Positions 24,754 to 39,051 of a DNA stretch of 64,000 bases are shown here, in pieces (position 1 is the stretch's first letter; the number at the start of each line of letters is the position of its first letter). The DNA comes from Octopus sinensis (lineage: Eukaryota). Below the pieces are notes generated by a model. That model worked only from the letters and a program-made list of their open reading frames with translations, was not told the DNA's origin and searched no databases. The stretch is from contig NC_042998.1 of NCBI RefSeq assembly GCF_006345805.1, positions 32,860,001-32,924,000 of the forward strand, given 5' to 3'. Made by a program: the position numbers and the translations under genes.

Positions 24754-27700
24754 ACTTCCAATCTAAAATATCAATATTTTAAAATATAAAAATAATAATT
24801 TTAAAATAATTAAAGTATGAATGAAAAAATATAAATATATAATCCATATATAACCTATATATAATCCATATATAATCAATATATAAACAATATATAAACT
24901 AAAATAAACCTATCAACAATTAAATATAAAATATAAAATATAAAATATAAAATATAAAACAAAACAAAAAAATAATAATAATATAATAATAAACTATATA
25001 TACACCCATACACATATACCTAATTATATATAACCATATCTAACTACATACACTAAATCACACCCCTATATATATATCCCTATACATACACATAAAAACG
25101 TCTAGGCAACTATAAATAAATAAAATAGCTAAATACTTCAACACAATACTTATTCATACTCCCACACACACACACATACAACCTACATTCACGCTCTAGA
25201 AAACGGACATCACTTAAAATTATGAACGGAGAAATGGAATAAATGGAATTAAAAATTATATTCACTTGGTAAAACGAACACTACTTAAAAATTATGAATG
25301 AAACAATGCGATAAAACAACAGACATCGCAAATAGACACAAATTACTACGAATTCCTTAACAAACCTACCATGATAAACCAAAACTCATAAAAACATATA
25401 ATGATAAAATCTCCCTTTACTAAACTCTATAACATACCTATATAGCAATCCCCCTAACCTAAACATTCACACACAAATACACACACGTAAACCACACACC
25501 CACGACATATACAAATACCCACACCACTTACACATACCAATACATACATATAAACCTCAACATATACTCCAAAAACCCACTCAACCCCACACAGACAAAT
25601 AAACACAAAAATTATGAATGGATTCTTTTATAAAACTACCATGATAAGCTAAAACTCACAAAACATAAATGATAAAACCTCCCTTTACTAAACACTATAA
25701 CATACTTATATAGCAATCCCTTTAACCTATACATTCACACACAAATACACACACGTAAACACAAACCCATAACAAATACAAACACCCACCCCACTCACAC
25801 ACACCCACAAGTACATATAAGCCTCAACATATACACCAAACAAAATTACTTTACCAAGGAACTTAACATATGTATAAAAAGTATAACCGCTCTGGAAACG
25901 AACATCTTTTAAAATAATGAATGGAGAAATGGAATAAATGGAATTAAAAATAATATTCACGTGGCAAAACGAACACCACTCAAAAATTATGAATGAAACA
26001 ATGTAATAAAACAACCAACATCGAAAATAGACAAATTACCACGAATTCCCTAAAAAAACCATGATAAACCAAAACTCTTAAAACATATAACGATAAAATC
26101 TCCCTTTGCTAAACTCTATAACAAACCTATATAGCAATCCCCCTAACCTAAACATTCACACACAAAAAACACACACGTAAACCACAGACCCACGACTTAT
26201 ACACAACCTATACTAACTTATAAACCTCAATATACACCAAAAACCCACTCCCTCCCCACACAGAGACCAATTAACACATACATCCCAAAACCAAATAACA
26301 AACCCATATACACATTCACACACAAACACACACACCGAAAAACACACACACACAACAGATACATATACTCCCTCACATATACGCATATACATACTCACTA
26401 AACTCGATATATACAACAATATTTACACACCCACACTCATACAGATAAATAAATTATACAACTAAAAACTCACACACAATCTCATATACATAAACACTCC
26501 AATAAAAAACAACATAAATACATCGTAATTAACCAGAATATCAAAAATAACAATATGACATAAGGAGAAATAAAATACATACTTACAAGTCAGTTTCAAA
26601 TTATGAAGTGAAATTAAATTCTTAGCCGTTAAAAAAACCAAACCAAAATTACGTTACCATAGAAATATAACTTATGTAATAAAAAAAAGAAGAATACGCG
26701 CCATGGAAAGTAAACGTCATATAAAATTATGAATGGAGAAATAGAATAAATGGAACTAAAAACTATATCCACGTGGCAAACCAACACTACTTAAACAAAA
26801 TTTATTATGAATGGATTCTTTAATAAAACTACCATAATAAATTATTATATACATTATGAGCTTTAGCTCATCTTAGCAGCTCTAAAAAACAACTTGCAGT
26901 AACCCAAATCTATTCTCGATACCTGCCTTACTACTACACTATTCCATTCCCAATTCCAAGCAACGCTAGCCTCCACCCGGTTACAATTCCCAACTCCACC
27001 CATTCATTCACATTTCAACGACGTTCAACTCCACAGCGCTACATATAAGCCTCAACATATACACCGGAGATTCGCTTTCAATCCGTGCGGATGGGTGAGA
27101 GTATACATTGAGTGTAGTGATGGGGCTCCCATTACTATACACATTTGTACCTGTGTGGTAGTCTCCATGTGTATATTCACGCACGGGTATAAATGCAGGG
27201 GGGGTACACGCGCACGGCATGTACGTGTACCCCCTCACATGTACATATGCATGCTAGTTGGGCTCGATATGTGCAACAATGTAATCGCGCCGCATACATG
27301 CATATGGGCGAGTTGCACAATCAAAATACGCACACGTGTGTGTGTGCGTTCCCTGGTTGTGCAATTCACCCATCTGGGTGTGAGTGGGTGTAAGCGTATT
27401 GCTGTGGATGTCGAGCTTGATACGTATGTATATGAGTGTGTATTGGTGGGTTGTACGTATTTATTGTGTGCATGTGCTTCACGCACGTGCGTCCATGTAT
27501 GGATGAATATATTGGGATTGCTATGTGGGTGTAAATTGGGTATAAGGGGGAGTTTTGTCATTGTATGGGTGTAGGTTTCATTTGTGATGGTGGTTTGTTG
27601 GTGATTTTTAATATGTTCTGTATATTGGGTTAGTTATGTATTATTCTAGTGTGTATAATTGTATACATATGATTGGTGTGAGTGGGATTACGCCCATTTT

Positions 27701-28239
27701 TGGGGATGTATGTGGTTTATTTGTCCGTATAGGCGGGAGTGGCCGTTTGGTGTATATATTGAGGCTCACATGCAATTCCAGGTACGCGCGAATGAAGTGG
27801 GCACTTATATTTGTTATGGGTGTGTATACTTTATTATACAGACAATACCCAAATAAAATCTGTCAATTCAACATACCAAATAAAAAACAAAAAACAAGGG
27901 ATCGTAAACATTCACACATACATACAAAACTCAATAAAAACACCACTAAATAACACCCATCAACATATAAATATATCCTCCAAAATACATATAACAAATG
28001 CATAATAAAAATACATAATAAAATAAAAATAAAAATAAAAAAATATTAAATAAAGAAAATAAAAAAATCTAATATAAATTTTTAAAGTTTTAACATACCA
28101 TAAACTGTTATATTAATATACATTAAAAATGAACTAATTAAAACAAAGAATATCAATAAAGACTAACTATAATTAAAGCCTAGACTACATAACCAAAAAA
28201 TATATTATCTAAACTAATTTAAACTAAACTAAAGTAACC

Positions 28240-29163
28240 TAATAGGGAACTATTATTGCTATTTATCATGAAACTTATTATATAGGTAAAGTAACTTATG
28301 TCTGCATTTTATTTTGCGCTCTTCACCAGTATTAAGTAAATTATCATACTTATAAATAAAATTTCTTTAAACTCATTAGAGCATAAATAACAACAATTAG
28401 CTCCTATAGTATATGATTTAGTTTTACAATTATTTCCCAAATTAAACTATAATTAATATTTAGTGATTTAAGACTCCAAATGTACTTACTAAGTCCGTTG
28501 AGTTGATTCATTTTTATTTTTAAAAGAATTCATGTTGTTGTGCGATTCTTAGTTTTATTTTTGAGGAAGTAGAACCTATATAAACCGCTTTTGGGTAATT
28601 ATTATTCTTAAAGTTATTATCATGTAATGTAACTATACATTTATACACTACATCGTTAATATCACAATTATTATTTAATATACAATTAGATTTATCTCTA
28701 CATGTACAATTAATATAAGTCTTATCATTATTAATATTATTATCAAATAATTTCTTTTTATAAAAATTATTCAGTTTATATTTATTAAATGAAGAAATAA
28801 TGTTACCAAATTATTAGTGGTAGAATAACCAACTCCAAAATTATTAAAATAGAAAATGTTTCTATATTTACGATTATCTCTAATAAATAGTTCTATAACA
28901 TCTAAAATCTCTTTAATAATATTCGTTTTTACTAGATCTCCATAAGGAACTATTAACCATATTTTATTCTTATAACCTTATTATTATTATCATTATTATA
29001 AATATATTTATAATTCTTTATTTTATTAAAATTATTATCAAAATATATCTATGTACAGCATTTAAGGAATTATTAATATTATTAATTTTATCAATATAAT
29101 TATTAATAATAATTAAATTTATTTTTATTTTTATTATTCTTATTTATATTATTATTATTATAA

Positions 29164-29195
<32 letters not shown>

Positions 29196-29505
29196 TATTT
29201 TTATCATTTTTATTATTTTTTTTATAATATCTATTATTTTTACCACTAAACCTAACAAATTATAATTATTATTAGAAGTATCTCGAAAAATATCAATTAA
29301 ATCTTTATCACTAATATTATAAAATTTAATATTCCTATTATAACCTGTCCCTCTAAGGGCCTCATTATAATAATTAGCATGTTTATTAAAAATCTCTATA
29401 TCATAAGAGAGTAATGAAATACGTTTACTTATATTATTAATCAACGATTTTTTAATAGAAAATGGGTGATTACTATTAACATTTATATATCTAAGGTTCT
29501 CTTCG
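28240..29505 (-). pseudogene. PLE ORF remnant: RT C-terminus, Asn-rich linker, CxCx5C, GIY-YIG endonuclease
   Basis: Hand translation NDKTYINCTCRDKSNCILNNNCDINDVVYKCIVTLH...KAVYIGSTSSKIKLRI, with stops and frameshifts. Confidence 0.85.
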
Positions 29506-30689
29506 CTTTGTATGTTTTCTCTCCCTCTCTTCAGCAACTCTTTATTCCTGATACATTTACAGTATTATCCTTTTGTATAAAATAATTTATTTTTGTTCTC
29601 TGAGATGAAGCGTGAGTTTATAAATGTCACATCACAATTCGTCATGCGGTATGTGACATAATTTATAAGTTTGCTTTTCAGTTTATGATTACCATTACAA
29701 ATCCTAGGAAATCGAAAGAATTATCGATGAGAGGATATTAAATTGCGGATGTTTCAATGGGTTGTCGGGTGCTGCAGCGATTTGGCTGAATGCGCTCCTC
29801 CACATTAAATGATGAACATTGATTTCTAATATTTGCACCAGGGGTTTCACATATACGTACACTGAAATGATGGCCTATCAGAATACATCAAGTGCATAAC
29901 TGGTGCAGATTCTTCTTATTCATTTCAGCAAATAATGTCAATTTGAACTCAGACTGTAGAAAACGCAGTACGTGATACTTCATGTCATTCTCTCCCTCCC
30001 TCCCTCCCCCCCTCTCTCTCTCTGTATATGTATGTATGTATATTCTGCATGTATGTATATATCTGTGTATATTCAACTGATGAAGCAAAGCATTTCTAAA
30101 TGCAAAGCCACAAATCCGGGATCTGGAATTATCAAGTACATTTTTACTAGTTTTATCTTACCATTTTGTCTTCTCTCCGTGTTGCTATATGAACACTTAA
30201 GGTGGTTTTAGAGTCAGATCATGGCTGCTATTTTCAGCATGGCAGTATCTCGTAGATACCCTAAGTTATAAGTTAATACACAAGTGTTGACTATTCCGTG
30301 GTAATTACACTACTGAGCGTAATAAATGGGCGAGGGTAAAAAGTGATTTTACCCTTTATTTATACGGCAAGGAGAAAATGGAGGGGATCCAGAGATAGTA
30401 TGCATGAACTGTTAGACATTATATTATGTCTATTTATATGCCCTAATTGTATCTACCGATCCCTACAGTACACTGAAAAGATGGAAATAACATGTGGCAT
30501 ACAGTGACCTCTTGGCAGAAACAGCTGTAAGAAACTGTTCTTCTTTCTCTACTCTAGAAATTACTGGTACTTATATATGTAAAACACAATCTTCACACAT
30601 GTATATATATTCTCATAATTGTTTAAAATAAATAAATAGACATAATATAATGTATAACAGTTGATGCATACTACCTCTGCATCCACTTC

Positions 30690-30894
30690 ATTTTCTTCTT
30701 GCCGTATATTAGCCAGATTGGAGCAATCTCGAGTATAACCAGCAGAAATTTCAAAGATAATTTGGAACTCGACTGAGGAAAGAAAACTCCTAATGACCCG
30801 TCCTTGTTTTCTTTGTATCGTCTGTCTGGATGTTTTGTTGTCCCTTTTTTGTATGACCTAACTGTTTAGATGTTTTGCGTTCTTGTCCCATTTT

Positions 30895-30900
<6 letters not shown>
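30690..30900 (+). mobile_element. Non-coding repeat ending at (TA)n; same family as 49560-49915
   Basis: Shared cagattggagcaatctc...gactgagga...atgacccgtcc...ggatgttttgttgtccc. Confidence 0.7.
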
Positions 30901-30935
<35 letters not shown>

Positions 30936-31448
30936 TACAAAGCAGAACTGTTATTGAGATGATCGTCAGTTTTATATTTTTAGCAAATTTAAGTAGAAAT
31001 CTATTAAAAATTTCTGTTTATTCTTATTAGTATGTTTGTTTTTGTTTTATTTATTTATTTTTTTTTTGCTTGATCTTAATTCGTTTAAAGTGAAGACACT
31101 TTCTCAGGCAACCTCGTTTTAGCTGATGCATTAAAATTGGGGTGCTTTTCGATGACCCGATCTTTATTAAATTTAGCTGCAAGTTAGACAGATGAGCAGT
31201 CAAATTATTCGATAGAATCTTTTTATAAAGGGACATCGAACAAATCATTTTGTTAGTTATACGTTTGAATAGGTTTTTTAGCTTTTTTTTTCCATGGCGA
31301 AATCCGTAATATGGTTGTGTGCTTGTGTGGTGTGTCTATGAATGTTTATAAATATTTTGCTATTATTTTCCTTCACGCTCACCACACATGTGTAATCATA
31401 TACATACATACTGACAGGCAGACAAACAGACAGCTATGAAATAAATAA

Positions 31449-31528
<80 letters not shown>

Positions 31529-31656
31529 GTATGTATGTATATATATATATATATAAATTTTATTTAAAAAATATATAACTTATAACTAGATCTCAAAAAG
31601 TATAAAATGAATGATGAATATATAATATAAGTAAAAACTCCCTAATATTATTATTA

Positions 31657-31749
<93 letters not shown>

Positions 31750-32715
31750 GTGCATGTATATATATATATGTGTGTGTGTGTATGTATATATATACATACA
31801 TATATATAACACATATATATACACATATATATACACATATATGTATATGAAGTAGATGATGATGATGATGATATTATGTGTGCGTGTGAGAGTACATGTG
31901 ATTTAATTCAGTGAAAGAGTTTCAAAAACAGAATAAGTGAGGTAATTTAACAAAGAAATGGAATTTTCTTCTCCGTAAAATGATAATCGGGGGAAAAAAA
32001 TCTCTATTTTTCAATTCGTCTTCTTATAGTTTTAAATTTCGCTTCTTTTTTTATTTACTGTAAAATATTTCAACGTGTGAAATTAATATTCTCGATTAAT
32101 AATGAATAGAATGTGTTCTTTGCAAGAAATTATTTGAAATCCAATAGATTATTGATTTTGAGACTGCTAAGCAATTTATTTCATATTCTTTTGAATAATT
32201 GCTCTTGAAAACTGAAGCCAAAGTTATTTTCTTGTGTCATTTTGCTGGCAATAATATGGTCTGAGTCTTCTACGGCTGCAAAAGACATGCACAAACACAC
32301 ACACACACTCACACATGCACGGACATACATACACATGCACATAGACACACACACCGAGAGAAAGAAAGACGTATATACGTGTGCGAGTGAAATGGCAAAC
32401 CTAAAGTAGTAGTCGCTATGTAACGATCTCTTATCCGTTTAATAATACCAATATATATACACACACATTACTATTAAAAATCTTTATATCATCTAATTAT
32501 ATTACAACTAATTTGATTTCGCCACAGAGTGATTCTTCGGGTAACATTTCTTATTCCTGTCTTTGAATCTGGTTGTATGTCTTCATGACCATTAAATCGT
32601 TTGTGCGTGTTTGTTTATGCGTCGGTGTTTCTTTGCATGTCCGTGTGACGTATGTTTCCGCCTGTATGTTTTTGTGGCTGTATCTCTTTGTTGAAATATA
32701 TGCCTGTGTGCAATT

Positions 32716-33287
32716 TATTATTTTATTTTATTTGTTCCTTCTCAAGCCATGCCTGGCTCATAAGGGCCGGTTCCCCGGTTTCCTTGGCGTATAGGTTCCC
32801 CACCTGGACGGGACGCATGTCCGTCGCAGGTGAGCTGCTAGATGCAAGAGGAAAGAGTGAGAGAAAGTTGTGGCGAAAGATTCAACAGAAGTTCGCCATT
32901 ACCTTCTGCCGGAGCCGCGTGGAGCTTAGGTGTTTCGCTCATAAACACACACATCGCCCGGTCTGAGATTCGAACCCGCGATCCCTCGACCGCGAGTCCG
33001 CTGCTCTAACCACTAGGCCATGTGACTCCACAAAATAAATGCGCCCTTTTTAAAGCCTAGCCAGTCTCATGGGCCCGGTTTCTCGGTTTCCGTGGCGTAT
33101 GTGTTCCCCAGCTGGATGGGACGCCAGTCCATCGCAGCGTTACTCATTTTTGCCAGCTGAGTGGACTAGAGCAACATGAAATGAAGTATTTTGCTCAAGA
33201 ACACAACGCATCGCCCGGTCCAGGAATCGAAACCAGGATCTTACAATTATGATGCTGACACCCTAACCACTAAGCCTCGCGCCTCCA
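32716..33287 (-). mobile_element. Tandem of two different tRNA-derived SINEs (D: 33287-33041; C: 33031-32716) within one 13-bp TSD
   Basis: TSD cctgtgtgcaatt at 32703-32715 and 33288-33300. The heads carry A and B boxes (tggcctagtgg, ggttcgaatc). Confidence 0.85.
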
Positions 33288-34353
33288 CCTGTGTGCAATT
33301 GCATGTAGGTAAGAAGGGCAGGATAGAGGCTCGCGTGTGAAAATTCATTTCGTATCCAGGTGTTTGAAGAATTAACTGTTGGGAAGTTACGAATATTCTG
33401 ATTTACTGAATTAATATGAAGTGAAACTGTTTTAAAGAAATTCAATAGACCAACGTCAAGTATAACAATTGGAATAGTTTGGAGATAATTTTTCTAATGC
33501 TCTAATTACCACACTCTAGAACATTGGGACAGAAACCAAATTTGTAAGTTTATCTCTACCAGCTTTTCTATAGAGTTAAGAGGCAGCGCTGAAAGTTATG
33601 ATGTTTCTTATATGAATACGTCTATGTAAACAATGTTATCGAAAAGAGAAAAAATAGGGCGCGGGTGAACTTTAAGAGTTATTACTCTTTCAACAGCACC
33701 ACATTCAACCCAGAAACAATCCACGAATACAAGGCGTTTGTGGATAGAAAAATTGTAGAGATTGAAACTGTAGAGATAGTAGAGATTTCATAGAAAATCT
33801 GTGGAGATAAAATTAAAAATGAAAACATCGCACTGCTAACACACAAGTGAGGCTCAATATTGATTTGTAAAATATTAATATACTTAGTAGGATATTATGG
33901 TCGCAAAATTAAATACTCTGTCCTTGCTACTAAATAATACGAACACTAATTATCTTATTTATGTGTTCCAAATTATTAATAACGGTTTGGTAGGGACAGA
34001 GGAAAAATCTTAAAGGGGGAGGTCTTTATCATTTTTATTTTTTTCACGTCATACACTATTATCTCTTCATATCACATTTTGTCTTAGTGGCATCTTTCAA
34101 ATCTTACAGAACACTGCTATATATGCAGAATGAATGTATGCCCTGAAACCAAAATACCTTTACTTTAAAAACATTTATTTTTTGTCCTATTTGTAGAACC
34201 CAATACAATTCGCAGCTTTAAGTTCAATTCCTAGCTTTCGTCTTTTTAAGTTTTCTAATTAGTAAAGCAGAATTTAAGCAACTATTTAAATGTAACAACG
34301 CATAATCACGTGATCAAGAATGCTGCATGCATAGCCATGTGGCTGAGACGTTC

Positions 34354-34628
34354 TTATTTCTTTATTGCCCGCAAGGGGCTAAATACAGAGGGGACAAACA
34401 AGGACAGACAAAGGGATCAAGTCGATTACATCGACCCCAGTGTGTAACTGGTACTTAATTTATCGACCCCAAAAGGGATGAAAGGCAAAGTAGACCTCGG
34501 CGGAATTTGAAAAACACAGACGAAATACCTATTTCTTTACTACCCACAAGGGGCTAAACACAGAGGGGACAAACAAGGACAGACAAACGGATTAAGTCGA
34601 TTACACAGACCCCAGTGCGTAAATGGTG
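34354..34628 (-). mobile_element. 5'-truncated SINE-A dimer with a 17-bp TSD
   Basis: TSD atgtggctgagacgttc at 34337-34353 and 34629-34645. Confidence 0.9.
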
Positions 34629-34844
34629 ATGTGGCTGAGACGTTCGCTAAGGCAAATACAGAGTTCCAGTTCCATCATCTGTGTGTGTTTACGAACATAT
34701 ATGTATGTGCTTATATATGTTGTATGTGCGTGTGTTGTGTCGTGTGTGTGTGTGTGTGTGTGTGCGTGTGCGTGCATGCGTGATGCTTATGCTTGGTGTT
34801 GGAGACATGATTCTATCGAATACTGTAACATACTGTAACATATA

Positions 34845-35270
34845 GGCGCAGGAGTGGCTGTGTGGTAAGTAGCTTGCTTACCAACCACATGGTTCCGAGT
34901 TCAGTCCCACTGCGTGGCACCTTGGGCAAACGTCTTCTACTATAGCCTCGGGCCGACCAAAGCCTTGTGAGTGGATTTGGTAGACGGAAACCGAAAGAAG
35001 CCTGTGGTATATATGTATATATATGCATGTGTGTGTTTGTGTGTCTGTGTTTGTGTGTCTGTGTTTGTCCCCCTAGCATTGCTTGACAACTGATGCTGGT
35101 GTGTTTATGTCCCCGTTACTTAGCGGTTCGGCAAAAGAGACCGATAGAATAGGTACTGGGCTTACAAAAAGAATGAGTCCCGGGGTCGAGTTGCTCGATT
35201 AAAGGCGGTGCTCCAGCATGGTCGCAGTCAAATGACTGAAACAAGTAAAAGAGTAAAAAGAGTAAAGAGT
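34845..35270 (+). mobile_element. SINE family B, full length (tRNA head, CORE-like ccttgggcaa, internal (TG)n, gtaaaaga tail)
   Basis: tggctgtgtgg (A box), gttcagtccc (B box), gcaccttgggcaa. Other copies at 38343, 5040 and 62195. Confidence 0.88.
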
Positions 35271-36084
35271 ATACCGATGCGGTAAGCTACAGATCTATAA
35301 AGTAGAGGCTGAAAGAAATATCAGCGTAGATATATCCGACTAAAATCCTTGAAGGTGACGTCCTAATCTAGACGAAACCCAACGACTAAAGCTAAGAACG
35401 GAATAAAACAATATTCTTATCAGAATAATAATTGTTACTGAAAAATAAATGTTTATCAATAATCGAAGGAGAATGCTGTTTAGATATTGAATGGCTATAT
35501 CTTGTGTTTCAGTTGTCAGTGACATATTGATGAATATATGTCGCATACAATCTTTTAGATCTTACAACTTGATATGTGCCACATTTAAATTTAGATTTTG
35601 GGAAAATGTCAATAACAATATATTGTTATCATGACAGAAGGAATATCGTAATTATGCAATAGTTCTGGTGAAATCGATAAGAATGCCAGTGCATATCAGG
35701 TGCACCATATGGAATATCACCTTCATAAATATATGAAAACATTAACTTTTCTGTTATATTCAGAACCGTAATGTTTTCAACTGATAGTATCATGGTTTTA
35801 TAAATAATAATTGCCTGTTTTCCTCTATATTGATATATTAATGATATCAACACAGAGCATCCCGGAAACTAAAATGTAAATAAAAATTTTATGAACTTTC
35901 AAGAGAAGGTGAAATAATTCTGCTTTGGAATATCTCAAAACACACACATAAAGTTATAAATAATATGTAAATATTAGGCACAAGAATTTTGTGAGTAATG
36001 TGTTGCTGTGGACACCAAATCATGGGAGCACAACGGCTGGAAGACGTATAAGACGTACATAGAACGGCTTTCAGAAGATGTTGG

Positions 36085-36492
36085 ATACCAGCAGAAACGT
36101 TTGCACCCGGGTGAAATCCTTAGCGGTATTTCGTCTGCCCTTACGTTCTGAGTTCAAATTCCGCCGAGGTCGACTTTGCCTTTCATCCTTTCGGGGTCGA
36201 TTACATAAGTACCAGTTACTCACTGGGGTCGATATAATCGACTTAATCCGTTTGTCTGTTCTTGCTTGTCCCTTCTGTGTTTAGCCCCTTGTGGGTAGTA
36301 AAGAAATAGATAGTTCGTCTGCCGCTACGTTCTGAGTTCAAATTCCGCCGAGGTCGACTTTGTCTTTCATCCTTTCGGGGTCGATTAAATAAGTACCAGT
36401 TACGCACTGGGGTCGATATAATCGACTTAATCCGTTTTGTCTGTCCTTGTTCGTCCTCTCTGTGTTTAGTCCCTTGTGGGCAATAAAGAAAT
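36085..36492 (+). mobile_element. SINE-A dimer
   Basis: Two bodies joined at aaagaaata|gatagttcgtctgcc. Confidence 0.88.
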
Positions 36493-38342
36493 AGGACATT
36501 GCTTCGTGAATCCGCTCCAACCAGCTTAGAAGAGATTGGACTGGTGAGATTTGCTTGTTGTTGGTTCTGGAGTCTAATGTCATCTGTGAAATGCTAGTAA
36601 TGTTTCATATCACAATAAAGATATTTGCGATCAACTGCTATGGGTTACTTCGAACGATTTCTTCATAATTTACAAATTCAGTTATAATGCAGGCTTAGAT
36701 AAAAAGGACACATTCTAAATAATAATAAAAAAAGCATTATGCGCACAAACACATGCACTAAGAGTTCTCATCTAATACCGCCTTTCTGTTGATCATCTTT
36801 GCTCGTGAGTAATTTTATCCATGCATTTACTTTTGTCAGACATTATCCTTCATTTTATTTGCGACGAAGTACGAGGTTTAATGTTTTCTGTGACAAAATA
36901 TATTTTCGAAATGCGTTTCGCTGTTTCTTACTTTTAAAGCAAGACGTGTGATTCGTCTGTCTACGGGGTTTTTCTTCAAATATAGAAAATTAATGTCTAT
37001 TGAACGATAATAGAGTACTAAAATCGATAAGTTTTCAAGTGGTCCTGATACGATATCGTGCATAACTCTCCAGGCTACACTTGGAAAAACATTGTGCTTG
37101 ATTATTTAATCTTAATTGGAGTAGATACAAGATGGGTTTTCTAAAAGACCTAGCACGAGAATTATCAATACATTTGCATTTACGTGGAGTTCTCAGGATG
37201 GCTTAGAACCAAATTCAGTTTATGAAACAAAAAAGCTTGTTCATCTTTTCTACTTCTACATTTACGAATACATCTATTATGTGTAATAAAAAGATTATGT
37301 AAACCATTTATCTCCATAAAGGAACATTCTACTGCCAAACTGTTTATACTTCTTATCTTTACTACACTGATGTCCTACTCTCATACGGCACCTCTTTATA
37401 TCTATGTAATTTGGAACTTTTTTGAGAATTAAATTCATTGATTTCATATATAATGGAGCATTTGCGTCTGCGTAAGGATATTAGCCTATTTGCTGATAAT
37501 GTAGTACTTGTCTGGTTCGGATATCGGTGCTTTCTATCGTTTAAATATTAGTTGGTGGCTGACAGATTGGGTAGTTTAGATACTAGCCACACAAAGCAGT
37601 AAATAAGACTGGGGCAGTAGAGAATCGAATCAAACTAAAGGCAGTGTATAAGTTACTTACCTCTATGACGATTCCAAATGGTTGCACAGTTTAGACAGTG
37701 CAGCACAGCCTTTCATACAGTCTACAGGGCTCCACTCCGGATTTCTTTGAAGGTTGTCTCCTTTCCGTAACCCTGGATAGGGGCCCATACCGGGTACTGT
37801 CAGCCAGAGCCAGCTGAGCCCGGGACTCGTGTCAGGCAGGGTCGTCACTCCCTGAAGTAGTGAAGAAAATCGCTACCCACTACCTATACATAATACTACT
37901 TTCATACAGTAATACTACTGGAATTCAATCTATTCACACTGAGACCAATTTTACACGAGGAAGAAGCATGATAAACTGAAACCGACTTCGATGCTTAACT
38001 AGTTATCATAAAAGGGATCGGGTGAAATACATCCATTTTTTTTACAAGAGCGGAGTGGTAGAGTGATAGATTAAATACCTTGCGGTATTCAGTTCCATCC
38101 TTTAACATTCTGTGTTTATATAATACCACTGGGGTTAAAATAAGTACCTGCCAAGTACTGGATTTGGTTTAAAAGATTCATTTATTTTACAGAATGTTTG
38201 AACTACTGAGGTTAGAAATCAATAATATGCGGCTGCTTTTTCTTTAATCGATGACGGAAGAATGGGAGAAAAGTCGACACAATGAGACCAGGAATCAGTG
38301 AACTCTAAAGTTTTGATTGTAAAATATTTAGTTTAATTTCAC

Positions 38343-38715
38343 GGGCACAGGAGTGGCTGTGTGGCAAGTAGCTTGCTTACCAAACAAATGGTTCCGGGTT
38401 CAGTCCCACTGCGTGACACCTTGGGCAAGTGTCTTCTACTATAGTCTCGGGTCGACCAAAGCCTTTTGAGTGGATTTGGTAGACGGAAACTTAAAGAAGC
38501 CCGTCGTATATTTATATATGTATGTGTGTGTCCCCAACATCGCTTGACAACCGATGCTGATGTGTTTACGTCCCCGTAACTTAGTGGTTCGGTAAAAGAG
38601 ACCGATAGAATAAGTACTAGGCTTGCAAAGAATAAGTCCTGGGGTCGATTTGCTGGACTAAAAAGGTGGTGCTTCAGCATGACCGCAGTCAAAACGACTG
38701 AAACAAGTAAAAAAA
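38343..38715 (+). mobile_element. SINE family B
   Basis: Colinear with 34845-35270; gtgacaccttgggcaagtgtctt. Confidence 0.88.
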
Positions 38716-39051
38716 AAGGGACCAATCAAGAAGAGAACCTTGATAGCAGCAATTGAGACAGTCTTATTTTACTTATGCAAAAATTGGTATTTCATTCGAC
38801 CCATGGTTCCCCTCAGAAGTCAGGATGGCCTCAAGTGTCCGTTGCATAGAGAAAGTAATCGATATGAAACTCCACGTCGATCATTCTCAGTTGACCAAAA
38901 TGCTAGCAGGAAAAAGGTCTGCAGTTTGCCAGAGTGTCTGAAATACTCAGAGTTGCCTACCAGATGAGTCGTCATCTGGGAACAAACTGATAAAAGAATA
39001 AACTGACGAGGTCTTTTCAAAACTTTGATGAAGGACAATGATTCTGTAATG

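Larger units (their letters stand above)
24617..29510 (-). mobile_element. 5'-truncated Penelope-like element (C-terminal GIY-YIG type) with a very long, internally repeated 3' region ending in an HHR at (TA)n
   Basis: Minus-strand YINVNSNHPFSIKK (RT thumb), CTCRDKSNC, VVYKC...YIGSTS (GIY-YIG), CYLC, KCRH. HHR at 24711-24753 and (TA)n at 24583-24616. Continuity of the 3' region with the ORF is inferred. Confidence 0.8.

Noticed and set aside
32950-33031. tRNA-like sequences as true tRNA genes (also 3890, 10810, 39270)
   Set aside because: No complete cloverleaf or acceptor stem; they are embedded as SINE heads.
37660-37860. GC-rich island, possibly an RTE 5' UTR or HDV-like ribozyme
   Set aside because: I could not build the nested double pseudoknot by eye and there is no adjacent ORF.
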